IMG/VR virus record: IMGVR_UViG_3300046675_000363
Length of the DNA stretch: 20,000 nt
Origin: an uncultured virus (IMG/VR IMGVR_UViG_3300046675_000363)
Lineage: Duplodnaviria > Heunggongvirae > Uroviricota > Caudoviricetes
Reading direction: 5' to 3' (one strand)
Shown here: piece by piece, positions 9,301 to 17,201 of the stretch
Layout: every line of letters starts with the position of its first letter
Numbering within the stretch: the stretch's first letter is position 1
Notes under the pieces: generated by a model
The model's input: the letters and a program-made list of their open reading frames with translations, nothing else
What the model was told of the DNA's origin: nothing
Database searches by the model: none
Translations under genes and position numbers: made by a program

Positions 9301-11159
9301 CGCGCGAAAACGAAGAATACGGAAATAAGTCGCTGCTGCGGAAGGTGGGCGAAGCTACTGGCATGATAGCGCCCACCCGTGGCCTGGTGCCTGACGCGGA
9401 AAAGGAGGCGGCTGCTCATCTCAACGCCCCCGTCTCTCCTCTGGACAATGATCCGGAGACGCGCGTTGCCGGCCCGAACACCACGATCATTCCGTCGAAC
9501 ACCAACGATAAGGTCGCTGCACCCGCGCCTGGCTTGGGGGCTGCTGAAACTCCTACTGCAGTTAAGACTGCCACTGAGGCTCCCGACTCCTTTACGCCAA
9601 AAGTCACTCCAGGCGTCGGCGCTGGCGCCTTCCCGATGACGGTCAGCCCGACCGGCGTCACTGCCCCTGCTGCCGCCGCGCCCGCTCGCGAACCGGATTT
9701 GCAATACCTGGCGGAACACAAGCAGTTCCCGCTGTCGCCAGCGCCGATCGGCGGCGATGTTCGCGCTCCCGCTGCGGCCCCCGCCCCCGCTCCCGCAAGG
9801 GTTGCGCCTCGTGGCGGCGTTGCGCCGACTGCTCCTGCTGGCGGGGCGGCCAGAGCGCCGACGCCTCCGAACGACGCCAACGGCAATCCCATCGAACAGT
9901 TCTTTGGCGGCATCGCTCGCGGCGTGGACGGCGCGCTCCACAATGTTGCCGATTTCTTCACGGGCGGCGCCCGCAATGTCGGCAACACCATCAACAGCGC
10001 GGGCCAGGTGGTCAACAGGGCGGGCCAGGCTATCGGCCAGACCGTCAACAGCGCGGGCCAGGCTATCGGCAATGAAGTCCACGGGCGCTTCAACGAATTG
10101 ATGAATGGCTCGCCAAAGATGATGTCGCCTGGCGGTAATTTTCACGCCCAAGGCGTCGATCCGCGCCTGGTCAGCAACCTCACGGAAGCCACAAGGGGTC
10201 TGCCGCAAGGCTGGCATGCGCAGTTCGAATCGGGTTTCCGCCAAGGCGATAAGCGCCAGCATGGCAGGGGCAACGCGGTTGATGTCGCGCTCTATAATGA
10301 GAAGGGCGAGAGGCTCGCCAACTATCAAGACCCGACCACCTTCCGCGCCTATGAGAAATTTGCGCAAGATTTCAGGGCGGCGCAGCAGCACAACAACCCC
10401 GAACTGAACAGCGCCACGCGCTGGGGCGGTTATTTCAGCGGCAAGACGGAAGCGCAAGGTGGGCCATATGGCGCGGTCGATCTGATGCACTTCGACCTCG
10501 GCGGGCGGCAGGGCCTCGGCATGCTCGGCGGCTCCTGGGAAGGCGGCATGACGGCGAAACAGCATGCGCTGTTCCCCGGCGCTACGTCTGTCGGCATGGG
10601 CCAGCGCCCGCCTGAAGGCTATTCGACGGCAGTGTCCACTGACAGCACTGGCGCCAGAACCGATGCGACAGGGCGCGTTTCGCCAGGCTATAGCAATGGC
10701 GTTCAGGGCATCCTCTCGCAGGAGGAAGCTTTTCGTGGGCAGGCGTATTTTGACAAGAACGCCAGCGGCAGCGGGGGCCACTGGGCTGTCGGCTACGGCT
10801 CCCATAAGATGCGAGATCCGAACACTGGCGAAATGCGCGAAGTTCGGCAGGGCGACACCATCACGCCACAGGGCGCCCAGCAGGATATGACGCATCGCAT
10901 GCAAAACGAGTACCTTCCGGCGGCGGTGAGAAAAGCCGGCGGGGTGGATGTCTGGCGCGCCCTGCCGCGCAATGTCCGCGACGGCCTCGGCTCGACCATC
11001 TGGAACTATGGCCACCTGCCCGATCCGGTCGCCGCTGCTATCAGACACGGCGGTGGCCCCAACGAGATTGCAAATGCAGTTGCGGGACTTGGCGGCAAGA
11101 CGCCAGCGGCTCGCGCTCGCCGCGCTCGTGAAGCCGCGCATATTCGTGGTGGAGGTTGA
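6327..11159 (+). CDS. Large DNA-ejection/pilot protein: Gln/Ala-rich N-terminus, internal peptidase S74 domain, low-complexity linker, M15-like Zn peptidase and C-terminal lysozyme
   Basis: 1610 aa with GGAG upstream. N-terminus MGGKTQ...QQYMNPY...GAFGGDR. S74 at ~7164-7350 (SDRKLKENI...GFMADEVEKKHPEAV). M15-like domain at ~10150-10500 (SGFR...QH..GNAVD...RWGG...DLMHFDL). Lysozyme at ~10700-11156 (EEAFRGQAYFD...WAVGYG...GDTIT...WNYG...RRAREA). Confidence 0.82.
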   Translation: MGGKTQQASSQVTIPPEVLARYNAVNAQAQQTAATPFQQYSSDPNAFVAPLTAAQNMGLQQTANYANAAQPGINSAMDMTQGAMGSANPWELTGDKIQQYMNPYTQNVTGQMTNLMNQQFGAQQSGQTGNAIKSGAFGGDRAGVAAANLSGQQSLAYGNAMAPVLQQGYNTALQTATGQQAIDLQAQQANLARQMQGANQYGQLAGMGQQYGLAGAQALMGAGQVQQQTQQAGQTALYNQFQQQQSYPFQVGQYLANIAEGTGSLSGQTSNTTQQAPFFSDRKLKENIKRIGTAKNGLPIHSFNYKDDPEKLSRLGFMADEVEKKHPEAVGLAGGYKTVDHEQAMKSAGGSVTDFDQGRAYDRGGYDLGGAPSTYDPSWQSVTQRHMAGLQGQPQQGSSLYGGKRRHVPEGSGGRYSLPNAPTMPGARPSGLSQAVGTAQATVGLGQSLGDAYDKYTGKDKTAAPAAPAAPAAPVVAAKAPGTPGTPDQPDIMNLSRGGLAGGGEPPMPAIAAASMAGRPAEGVPDVTKTTTAYDEGLAKAQDAQVRANALQDADRAQASAAGMSFRPDWDNPMLAQSDLARSMGVYKTLNGYNDPTHGGSYLGFDRGGYATDGGVNSSADVLKTPDPNATQDTTQMNIPDKESHFKLPDPPKPPGGAGKSGAGQALGAAKSLMGLASLIPGVGAVTGPLGAVMGAGEALAGAAGGMMVAGGRRRRGKRKGLSVGGQGEGVDFMSKTRQVDPEIADIADSWSSPHDDTGNQGAGSDNMSEYEQGRRSEHQGSVNNETAPLTTSANTGLAGQGVDYMSQERQGREPELRSSVHPAMSASNATPEEQNAYLMQHVPRERLHEVMTPAALAKAYPPTEAPARGELSPTWKPADVVIPTPGGGESPLATDLGGTSRPLQHGAEPIADVDAGGAPTVGLAAGERGSGFAEKPNLGSAEFPTAAFPNATATPEEAAAALREATSPEGRAHTQAVLAKRVADLQATREARENEEYGNKSLLRKVGEATGMIAPTRGLVPDAEKEAAAHLNAPVSPLDNDPETRVAGPNTTIIPSNTNDKVAAPAPGLGAAETPTAVKTATEAPDSFTPKVTPGVGAGAFPMTVSPTGVTAPAAAAPAREPDLQYLAEHKQFPLSPAPIGGDVRAPAAAPAPAPARVAPRGGVAPTAPAGGAARAPTPPNDANGNPIEQFFGGIARGVDGALHNVADFFTGGARNVGNTINSAGQVVNRAGQAIGQTVNSAGQAIGNEVHGRFNELMNGSPKMMSPGGNFHAQGVDPRLVSNLTEATRGLPQGWHAQFESGFRQGDKRQHGRGNAVDVALYNEKGERLANYQDPTTFRAYEKFAQDFRAAQQHNNPELNSATRWGGYFSGKTEAQGGPYGAVDLMHFDLGGRQGLGMLGGSWEGGMTAKQHALFPGATSVGMGQRPPEGYSTAVSTDSTGARTDATGRVSPGYSNGVQGILSQEEAFRGQAYFDKNASGSGGHWAVGYGSHKMRDPNTGEMREVRQGDTITPQGAQQDMTHRMQNEYLPAAVRKAGGVDVWRALPRNVRDGLGSTIWNYGHLPDPVAAAIRHGGGPNEIANAVAGLGGKTPAARARRAREAAHIRGGG
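9981..10073 (+). repeat. Intragenic imperfect repeat encoding N(S/R)AGQ units
   Basis: TCAACAG(C/G)GCGGGCCAGG occurs three times and encodes GNTINSAGQVVNRAGQAIGQTVNSAGQAIGN. Confidence 0.75.
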
Positions 11160-11161
11160 CA

Positions 11162-12763
11162 ATGGCTGACCCAGCATCTGACGACATCATGATGCCCACC
11201 GACACCGCGCCTGTGGCTGGAGCGCCAGGTAAGGTTGACGCGGATCCCGTGGTCGCCAAAGCCTTGCCTGTGGCCAGGGATGCGACGCCGCCCCTGCTCG
11301 CGCGCAAGCCCGCTGCAGAAGATCCATCAGACAAAAAAGGCGGCGACTGGTTCGGGCAGAACCGAAGCTGGCTAATCCCGCTGTTGAGCGGTGTCGGCGG
11401 CATGGCGTCTTCAAACAGCCCATACCTCGGCACCGCTCTATTGCAGGGCCTCGGACAGGGCGCGCAGGCTTACGCCGGCGAGCAGAGAAGCGAAGCTGAA
11501 CTGGCGGGCAAGCAGTCTGAGACGCGGCGCAATGACATTGGCGCAACGACAGAGGCCGCCGCTCTCAAGGAACGCGGCATCTACACGAAGGACGGCCTCC
11601 GGATGGTCAATCCAGTGGATGGCCCTCCGATGACGTTTGCTGCGTGGCTTCAACTGGAGAAGCAGGGCCGCGCGCCGAAACTTATTGGCGAAGACGAGGT
11701 GCGTGGTTCGGCTGAGTATTCGGGTCACACGAACCAGCCCGTAACCATGACGGGCGGCACAAGCGGTCCTGCCGGCGGTCCAGGCGCAACAGGGACGGCC
11801 CCAGTGGCGGGCGCAGGCGCAACAGACGCGGCCCCGGTAGCGGGCGCAGGCGCAACAGACGCGGCCCCGGTAGCGGGTGGCGCTCCTGCAGGCCATTCTC
11901 ATTTCATGCCCGAAGCCAAGCCGCTTCCTCCAAAGACTGATGTGGAGGCATCAACGGGCGTTGGCGGCGCGGGCGAGTCGATCATGAATGAAGCGCATGA
12001 TCGCTACTTTATAAATCAAAACGCCTATGCTGCAGCCCAGAAAATATCGGCTCCGCTAGAAGCCAAGATTGCGGGCGATGCGGAAGACGCCAGGTCGCAG
12101 CGCCCTGCCATGAACACTCTGGCCGACAAGCTTCTTCAGATACCCAAAGACAGCCTTTTGAAAGCCGACACTCTAGCTCCGCTCACGCATAACATTGGCA
12201 ACTATTGGAATGCGGCGCTGGGCCGCGCTGCGGCGATGTTCCCTGACAAAAAAGAGGAAATAGCCAAGTTAATGCTAAACGAAGGGGATCTTGAGAAAGG
12301 CGTGGCCGCTGACAAATACACGGCGGCGATGCAATTCATGATGGCTGGTGGCGCGGGGCAGAAGGCTCTCGGCGCCCTTGGGGAAGCTTCAAGAGCCATT
12401 CCAGGCAAGCACATGACCAAAGAGGCTGCGATTTCGGTTTTTCAGGGACTTTATAAAGACCAGCAGCGAGCGATCGATCGCGATGCCTATCTCAACGATT
12501 GGAAGATCAAGGCGAACTCAGGCGACAAGCAAGGAGTGGGGCTTTACGCCGCGCAAGACGCCATGCGCGCTTTTGAGAAGGAGCATGGCGATCGCTACGG
12601 GCGCGAGGGCAATTTGTTTGAAGACATCATGAAGATCCAGCATGACAAGACCCATCGTCACCTCTTCTCCGACATCCAGAGCGGTGCAATTTCACCGGAT
12701 GACATAGAGAAACGGAAGGAGTGGAGGCATATGTCCCGCTGGTTCAGAAATTATGGAGGGTGA
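11162..12763 (+). CDS. Putative internal virion / DNA-ejection protein
   Basis: ATG at 11162 with GGAGG at 11151-11155. It has a hydrophobic Gly-rich segment (WLIPLLSGVGGMASS..YLGTALLQGLGQGA) and a helical Ala/Lys/Glu-rich remainder, and sits in the ejection-protein cluster. Confidence 0.7.
   Translation: MADPASDDIMMPTDTAPVAGAPGKVDADPVVAKALPVARDATPPLLARKPAAEDPSDKKGGDWFGQNRSWLIPLLSGVGGMASSNSPYLGTALLQGLGQGAQAYAGEQRSEAELAGKQSETRRNDIGATTEAAALKERGIYTKDGLRMVNPVDGPPMTFAAWLQLEKQGRAPKLIGEDEVRGSAEYSGHTNQPVTMTGGTSGPAGGPGATGTAPVAGAGATDAAPVAGAGATDAAPVAGGAPAGHSHFMPEAKPLPPKTDVEASTGVGGAGESIMNEAHDRYFINQNAYAAAQKISAPLEAKIAGDAEDARSQRPAMNTLADKLLQIPKDSLLKADTLAPLTHNIGNYWNAALGRAAAMFPDKKEEIAKLMLNEGDLEKGVAADKYTAAMQFMMAGGAGQKALGALGEASRAIPGKHMTKEAAISVFQGLYKDQQRAIDRDAYLNDWKIKANSGDKQGVGLYAAQDAMRAFEKEHGDRYGREGNLFEDIMKIQHDKTHRHLFSDIQSGAISPDDIEKRKEWRHMSRWFRNYGG
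11783..11881 (+). repeat. Three tandem 33-nt repeats (GATDAAPVAGA)
   Basis: Units at 11783-11815, 11816-11848 and 11849-11881. Units 2 and 3 share GGCGCAACAGACGCGGCCCCGGTAGCGGG exactly. Confidence 0.9.
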
Positions 12764-12766
12764 GCC

Positions 12767-14899
12767 GTGGGTGACATTGGCGAATACAACACATCGAGTG
12801 ACGCCAAGGCTCCTACTGCGGCTGCGCCCATTGAAGCTGGAGCTTCCGACGCTGCATCGAGGCCTGACGCACACCCGATCCACGAATACAATACACCAAG
12901 CGATGCCGCCTCTACGGAGGCAAAGGTTGAGACGCCGAAGCCGCCGCCTGATTACGCCAATATGTCCGGTTGGGATGTCGCTAAAGGCACTGCCAAAGCT
13001 TTTATTCCGTCAGCAGCCGCGAAAGTGGGCGACGTAGTTTCAGGCTTGGGCAGCGCGGCCAAGCATGTCTATGACACGCATGAGCTTCCCGGCAAAGATC
13101 TGGTTCAAGGCGCCGATGCGTGGGTCAACAGGAAGCTTTCGGACTATGCTCCCGAAACCATGAAGGTGGTCAACAAGGCGATAGGCTACACGCCGCCTTC
13201 GGACGCGGAGTACGAGGCGAAGGTGAAGCCGGCGACCGAAGCTGCTTCCGCTGCTTACCACAGCACCGTGGACCCCTTCACATCGTGGCCTAAGTTCGCT
13301 GAGAAGATGACCACAGACCCTGTAGATCCGCTGCTCAACGTCGCCAGCGTGGCGATGCCGGCTCTGCGCGTGGCCAGAACCGGAGCCGAATTGACTGGCT
13401 TGGCTTCCAAGGCTGGCAAGGCGGCTGACCTCACTAAGGTGACGACCCCCGGCGAGCTAGGCCAGGCTGTCCACGGCGCTGCGTCTGAGGCGCTCGCCGC
13501 GAAAGATCTCGCTTATAAGAAAGCTTTCAGCCACACCGCTACGTTTGACCCCGCTGCGGTTCAACCCATCATGAGCGAAGTGCAGGCCAATCTCGCCAAC
13601 ACGCCAAACTTCCCAGGCTTGAACCGTCTTGACAAGCACCCGCACCTCGCGGACGCCAAGGTGGCGTATGACCATTTGGAGAACAGCCTCAAAACCATAG
13701 ACCCGAATGATTTCACCATGCCGAACATGGAGAACATCAGGCGCGACCTCCAGCAGAAGGCGATGGAGACAGAAAGCGGCCCCGCTCGCTACATGATCGG
13801 CCAGATGATCGACGGAATCGACACTGGCATCAGCAAGGTGGCCGTGAAGCCGGGAATGTACGGCGGCGACGGCGCTGCGGTGGCGAGCGACATGGCCAAA
13901 GCTCGCAAGTTGAACGTCGACTGGATCAAGCAATTCGGCAGTGAGGCGCCATCGAGCTTCAAGCCCACGATGAACACGCTCCCGAAAGACCTGGCGACGG
14001 CTGACGACAACCACTTCCACGCCGTCGGCACGGGCCTCGGCAATGCGCTGATGAATGAGGGCAAGGGCGGCGTTCTCTACAGCCATCTCAAGCAGTTTGT
14101 GCCGAAGGAAACACTCGACAATTACCTGCGCCAGCCGATGCTGGCGGGCGATTCGGCAACCGTGATGAAGCGTCTAAACGCGCCCGTCGCGCAGGATGTC
14201 TTTGGCTCCGATCTGGACAAGGTCAAGAGACTAGCCGCCTCACAGGACACCAAGACGCTCATGGGCAAGGCGGCCCCGGTCGCTAAGTGGGGGTTGGAGG
14301 CAGCGGCGCCTTTCGTTGGCCACGCGCTGCTTCCGGGTGGCGGCGGCGCCTTGGCTGGGGCAGCAGTGAGTGGTATTGGGGAGCTTGCGAGCAGGAAGTT
14401 TTTCCCGCACGGCGTCGGCAACAGGGCGCCGCTTTTTGAGCGTTATGCAGGCAAGCCGGCGCCTGCGGCGGCCCTGCCAGATAAAGGATTGCGCGCCGCG
14501 CTCCCGCTGGTGAGGCCAAGTAGCTACACGCAATTCCTTAAGCCTTCAACCTACAAGGGCGGGAGGCTTCCTGCAGCAGCCATCGCCGGCCATCGCCCGC
14601 CTGTCGGCGGCGCGCCCATCGCGCCCATCGCGCCTGTCGCCGCCGCCCCGGCCCCAGTGACCGCAGACGCGGAGGCGCGCGTCGATCCGTTGGCGGGAAT
14701 GTCTTATGGCTATGACCCCACGGGGAAAAATCGATACGCCAGCGGCGGCGCCGTGAAAGGGCACCAGCACCTGGTCGATCGACTGTTCTCCGCAGCAGAG
14801 CGCGCCAAGCGCGAGGAAAAAGCGCATACTGCAGACATCCTGCACCAGCCGGATGAGGCGGTCGCAAAAGCCCTACACGTCGCCCAGGCGGCTATCTGA
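12767..14899 (+). CDS. Putative internal virion / DNA-ejection protein
   Basis: 710 aa, GTG start with GGAGG upstream. Ala-rich and helical, with a hydrophobic Gly-rich segment (AAPFVGHALLPGGGGALAGAAVSGIG) and a C-terminal helical tail after RYASGG. Confidence 0.7.
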   Translation: MGDIGEYNTSSDAKAPTAAAPIEAGASDAASRPDAHPIHEYNTPSDAASTEAKVETPKPPPDYANMSGWDVAKGTAKAFIPSAAAKVGDVVSGLGSAAKHVYDTHELPGKDLVQGADAWVNRKLSDYAPETMKVVNKAIGYTPPSDAEYEAKVKPATEAASAAYHSTVDPFTSWPKFAEKMTTDPVDPLLNVASVAMPALRVARTGAELTGLASKAGKAADLTKVTTPGELGQAVHGAASEALAAKDLAYKKAFSHTATFDPAAVQPIMSEVQANLANTPNFPGLNRLDKHPHLADAKVAYDHLENSLKTIDPNDFTMPNMENIRRDLQQKAMETESGPARYMIGQMIDGIDTGISKVAVKPGMYGGDGAAVASDMAKARKLNVDWIKQFGSEAPSSFKPTMNTLPKDLATADDNHFHAVGTGLGNALMNEGKGGVLYSHLKQFVPKETLDNYLRQPMLAGDSATVMKRLNAPVAQDVFGSDLDKVKRLAASQDTKTLMGKAAPVAKWGLEAAAPFVGHALLPGGGGALAGAAVSGIGELASRKFFPHGVGNRAPLFERYAGKPAPAAALPDKGLRAALPLVRPSSYTQFLKPSTYKGGRLPAAAIAGHRPPVGGAPIAPIAPVAAAPAPVTADAEARVDPLAGMSYGYDPTGKNRYASGGAVKGHQHLVDRLFSAAERAKREEKAHTADILHQPDEAVAKALHVAQAAI

Positions 14900-14909
14900 G
14901 GATCTGGCC

Positions 14910-15944
14910 ATGGTGGAGCAGTACAGCGACAACAAACACTTCGATCTGCCTGATCCTGGGGCGCCGACGTGGAACAATCCGACCAACAGCAATTGGCGGC
15001 TGGCGGATGCGGCGTTTGCTGCGGCTCAGTATGTCGACTATGGCGCTGGCGACAAAGCTGGCGCTGTTTTGCTGACGCCGCTCTTTCCTCTTCCTGGCAA
15101 TGTGTCGCCCAATGCCGTGGCGGGATCTTGCATTCCGAGCATCATAATTTGTATCGGCACACCAACTGGATACATCTCTCTTGGATTTCCCAAGGGCATT
15201 ACGGGTTCATGGACTGTTTTGAACTACACTGGCGGCGCTAACTCCGTGCTGCACTGCTATTGCTATGATCCTGTTGGCGGCGCTCAAATAGGCGGCGGCA
15301 TTGACATGACATCTGGGGAGACGCTGCAGATCGTCTCAAACGGAGGTGGCCTTTTCGCTGTTGGAGCGACGCCGCCCTCTGGCGCCATCGCCATGGTCAG
15401 CGAAGTGAAGATTTGGGCGGCTCAGTCTGATTATGTTCCGCCGCTGTGGTTCCTGTGCAACGGGCAGGCGCTTGACAGCGTCACCTACAATTTGCTGTTC
15501 GCCAGGATCGGCGGCGCTTATGGCTACAATTCTTCTGCAAGTCCGCACCCGACTTTCAATGTTCCCGATCTGCGCGGTCGCGTTGTCGCCGGCGTCGATC
15601 ACGGCATAGGGCGCTTGCCTGGCTGGGCGTTAAATTCCGGGACCGACGCCAATCACGTCAACCTGAACTACAACCAGATGCCGCGCCACCAGCACACTGA
15701 TTACGGCCACAACCATCCCGATCCGGGCCACGTTCACGTCATGGGGGGCTACCGGCTTGAGCAGGCCTACCCTCAAGGCATTGCTTTCGGCAACGGCTGG
15801 CAAATAGGAAACAAGAACACCGAAGCGTCGGGAGCTAATCTTCAAGCCGCCGCCGCCAACATTTCCTGGGAAGGCTGGGGAACGGACGTCAGCGTCATTC
15901 AGCCGACGCTCGCCCTGAACTACATCATCTACGCCGGCCAGTGA
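14910..15944 (+). CDS. Short tail fibre with phage tail collar domain
   Basis: ATG at 14910 with GAGGA upstream. Collar signature WFLCNGQALDSVTYNLLFARIG..YG...FNVPDLRGRVVAG, HxH motifs (HQH, HNH, HVH) and terminal IQPTLALNYII. Confidence 0.88.
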   Translation: MVEQYSDNKHFDLPDPGAPTWNNPTNSNWRLADAAFAAAQYVDYGAGDKAGAVLLTPLFPLPGNVSPNAVAGSCIPSIIICIGTPTGYISLGFPKGITGSWTVLNYTGGANSVLHCYCYDPVGGAQIGGGIDMTSGETLQIVSNGGGLFAVGATPPSGAIAMVSEVKIWAAQSDYVPPLWFLCNGQALDSVTYNLLFARIGGAYGYNSSASPHPTFNVPDLRGRVVAGVDHGIGRLPGWALNSGTDANHVNLNYNQMPRHQHTDYGHNHPDPGHVHVMGGYRLEQAYPQGIAFGNGWQIGNKNTEASGANLQAAAANISWEGWGTDVSVIQPTLALNYIIYAGQ

Positions 15945-16364
15945 TTAGCTCGCCAGCCGTTGGACGTAGCATGCCAGCATGTGCTTGCGGCAATAGATGG
16001 TCGTGCCCGGTTTATCGACCCGCTCGCAGCAATAGGTCACGCCCGCCGGCGATCGCGCATCGCCAAACGGATAGCGGCAGGTGAAAGCCGTCAGGCCCAT
16101 GATCGTCCGATCCTGAACAGGCGGCGCGATCGGCGCGGCGGGTGCGGCGATTGTTTTCATTTTGGGCGTCCTCGGCGGTCTGGGTGGCGTCGGCTCTTTG
16201 GGCGACACTGCACCCTCGGCCCGACTGACGTCGAATCCGCGAGCGCGGAGCCTGGATATGACGCCGATGATCGCGTTCTTGGTTTTCCCCAGCTTTGCGC
16301 CAGCCTGCGTTCCTGTCAGACCGGCCTTCCACAGGGCCAGGATCGCGACCTCGTCGCTGTTCAT
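15945..16364 (-). CDS. gcrA: GcrA-like cell-cycle transcriptional regulator
   Basis: N-terminal HTH LWKAGLTGTQAGAKLGKTKNAIIGVISRL, Pro-rich linker and C-terminal CRYPFGD...YC...YCRKH...Y. The alternative start is 16388. Confidence 0.85.
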   Translation of the reverse strand: MNSDEVAILALWKAGLTGTQAGAKLGKTKNAIIGVISRLRARGFDVSRAEGAVSPKEPTPPRPPRTPKMKTIAAPAAPIAPPVQDRTIMGLTAFTCRYPFGDARSPAGVTYCCERVDKPGTTIYCRKHMLACYVQRLAS

Positions 16365-16365
16365 T

Positions 16366-16599
16366 TCAGTTCGTTTGTTGTGCGTCATTTAGAATGTTCT
16401 CGTATTTCACGCCGCAGAACGGGCAATGTGTCGGGACGATGAGCGGCATCTTTTTGCCCACGCTACTGACGATTTTTTCAGTCGCGAGCAGCGTAGGGAT
16501 AACGACCAGGTGGCCATTGGTGATGTGAAAAGCCTGGGCCAGCCTGGTGTTATTGTCGGCAATCAGCGCATTCATTTCGTCGGCGCAATTGCAGGTCAC
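16366..16599 (-). CDS. Small phage Zn-ribbon protein (CxC...CPFCG)
   Basis: GTG at 16599 has GGAG upstream and overlaps the upstream stop (GTGA). Sequence MTCNCADEMN...PTHCPFCGVKY. Confidence 0.7.
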   Translation of the reverse strand: MTCNCADEMNALIADNNTRLAQAFHITNGHLVVIPTLLATEKIVSSVGKKMPLIVPTHCPFCGVKYENILNDAQQTN

Positions 16600-16757
16600 G
16601 GCGCTCTCCATGTCGCGAGGGGTTTTGGGTTGAAAAGCAGCGAGGCCTCCACCGTGGCATTGTGACGCGCCTTGACGCGATGCAGGACGTAGGGTGCGGC
16701 GATCGTCGAGGCGCTCCACATTGCTACAGCCAAGCTTAAGCTTAATTTCTTTACCAT
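16596..16757 (-). CDS. Small hypothetical protein with signal-peptide-like N-terminus
   Basis: MVKKLSLSLAVAMWSASTIAAP... fills the gap between neighbours, and its stop is coupled to the next start. The start is uncertain (16820 possible). Confidence 0.4.
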   Translation of the reverse strand: MVKKLSLSLAVAMWSASTIAAPYVLHRVKARHNATVEASLLFNPKPLATWRAP

Positions 16758-16823
16758 ATCGCCACCAGCATCGCAAAGGCGCACACCCCTGATATAGCGC
16801 CGATCAGGTATCCTTCCCAAAAA

Positions 16824-17201
16824 CTACCGCTCATTTTGGTCCTCCACTTTTTCCGTGATTCGGGCATTTTCAATTTTCTTGTCGACGATCGCCAGGATCT
16901 CTGCGTAGTTCTGCTGGATCTCAACGCGCAGCGCCCTGTAGGCGTCCGCTTTGCTGGCGTACCAGGGACCGCCGGTGCCCTGGGAATCGGTCCTGTCGGT
17001 CCTGCTGTAGCTGTGAGCGCCGGCCCTAAAGCAGCCGACGCCGACTTCCCGATTATACTGGTTGAAAGCCCAGCCGATCTGGAGCAGTTCGCTGGGGACC
17101 AGCCTGAACAGCGTAAAATCGCGAAAGCGCATGGCGCGCGCTTCGTCTAGCTGTTTTAGCGTCGCCGCGAACGCCGCCTTCTCAAGCTTGGTCATGGACA
17201 T
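16824..17201 (-). CDS. Hypothetical phage protein
   Basis: 125 aa, overlapping the stop of the MazG-like gene. Globular composition (GWAFNQY...SQG...YASKADAYRALRVE). Confidence 0.7.
   Translation of the reverse strand: MSMTKLEKAAFAATLKQLDEARAMRFRDFTLFRLVPSELLQIGWAFNQYNREVGVGCFRAGAHSYSRTDRTDSQGTGGPWYASKADAYRALRVEIQQNYAEILAIVDKKIENARITEKVEDQNER

Noticed and set aside
6327..11159. Tape measure protein of a long-tailed phage
   Set aside because: No tail tube, tail chaperone or baseplate genes are present, and the adaptor-nozzle-GNAT-ejection gene order is podoviral.
8940..11177. 745-aa minus-strand ORF and other long antisense ORFs (792-1706, 3144-4097, 5277-6035, 6270-7547, 8004-8873)
   Set aside because: They are shadows of well-supported plus-strand genes in high-GC DNA and show no recognisable motifs.
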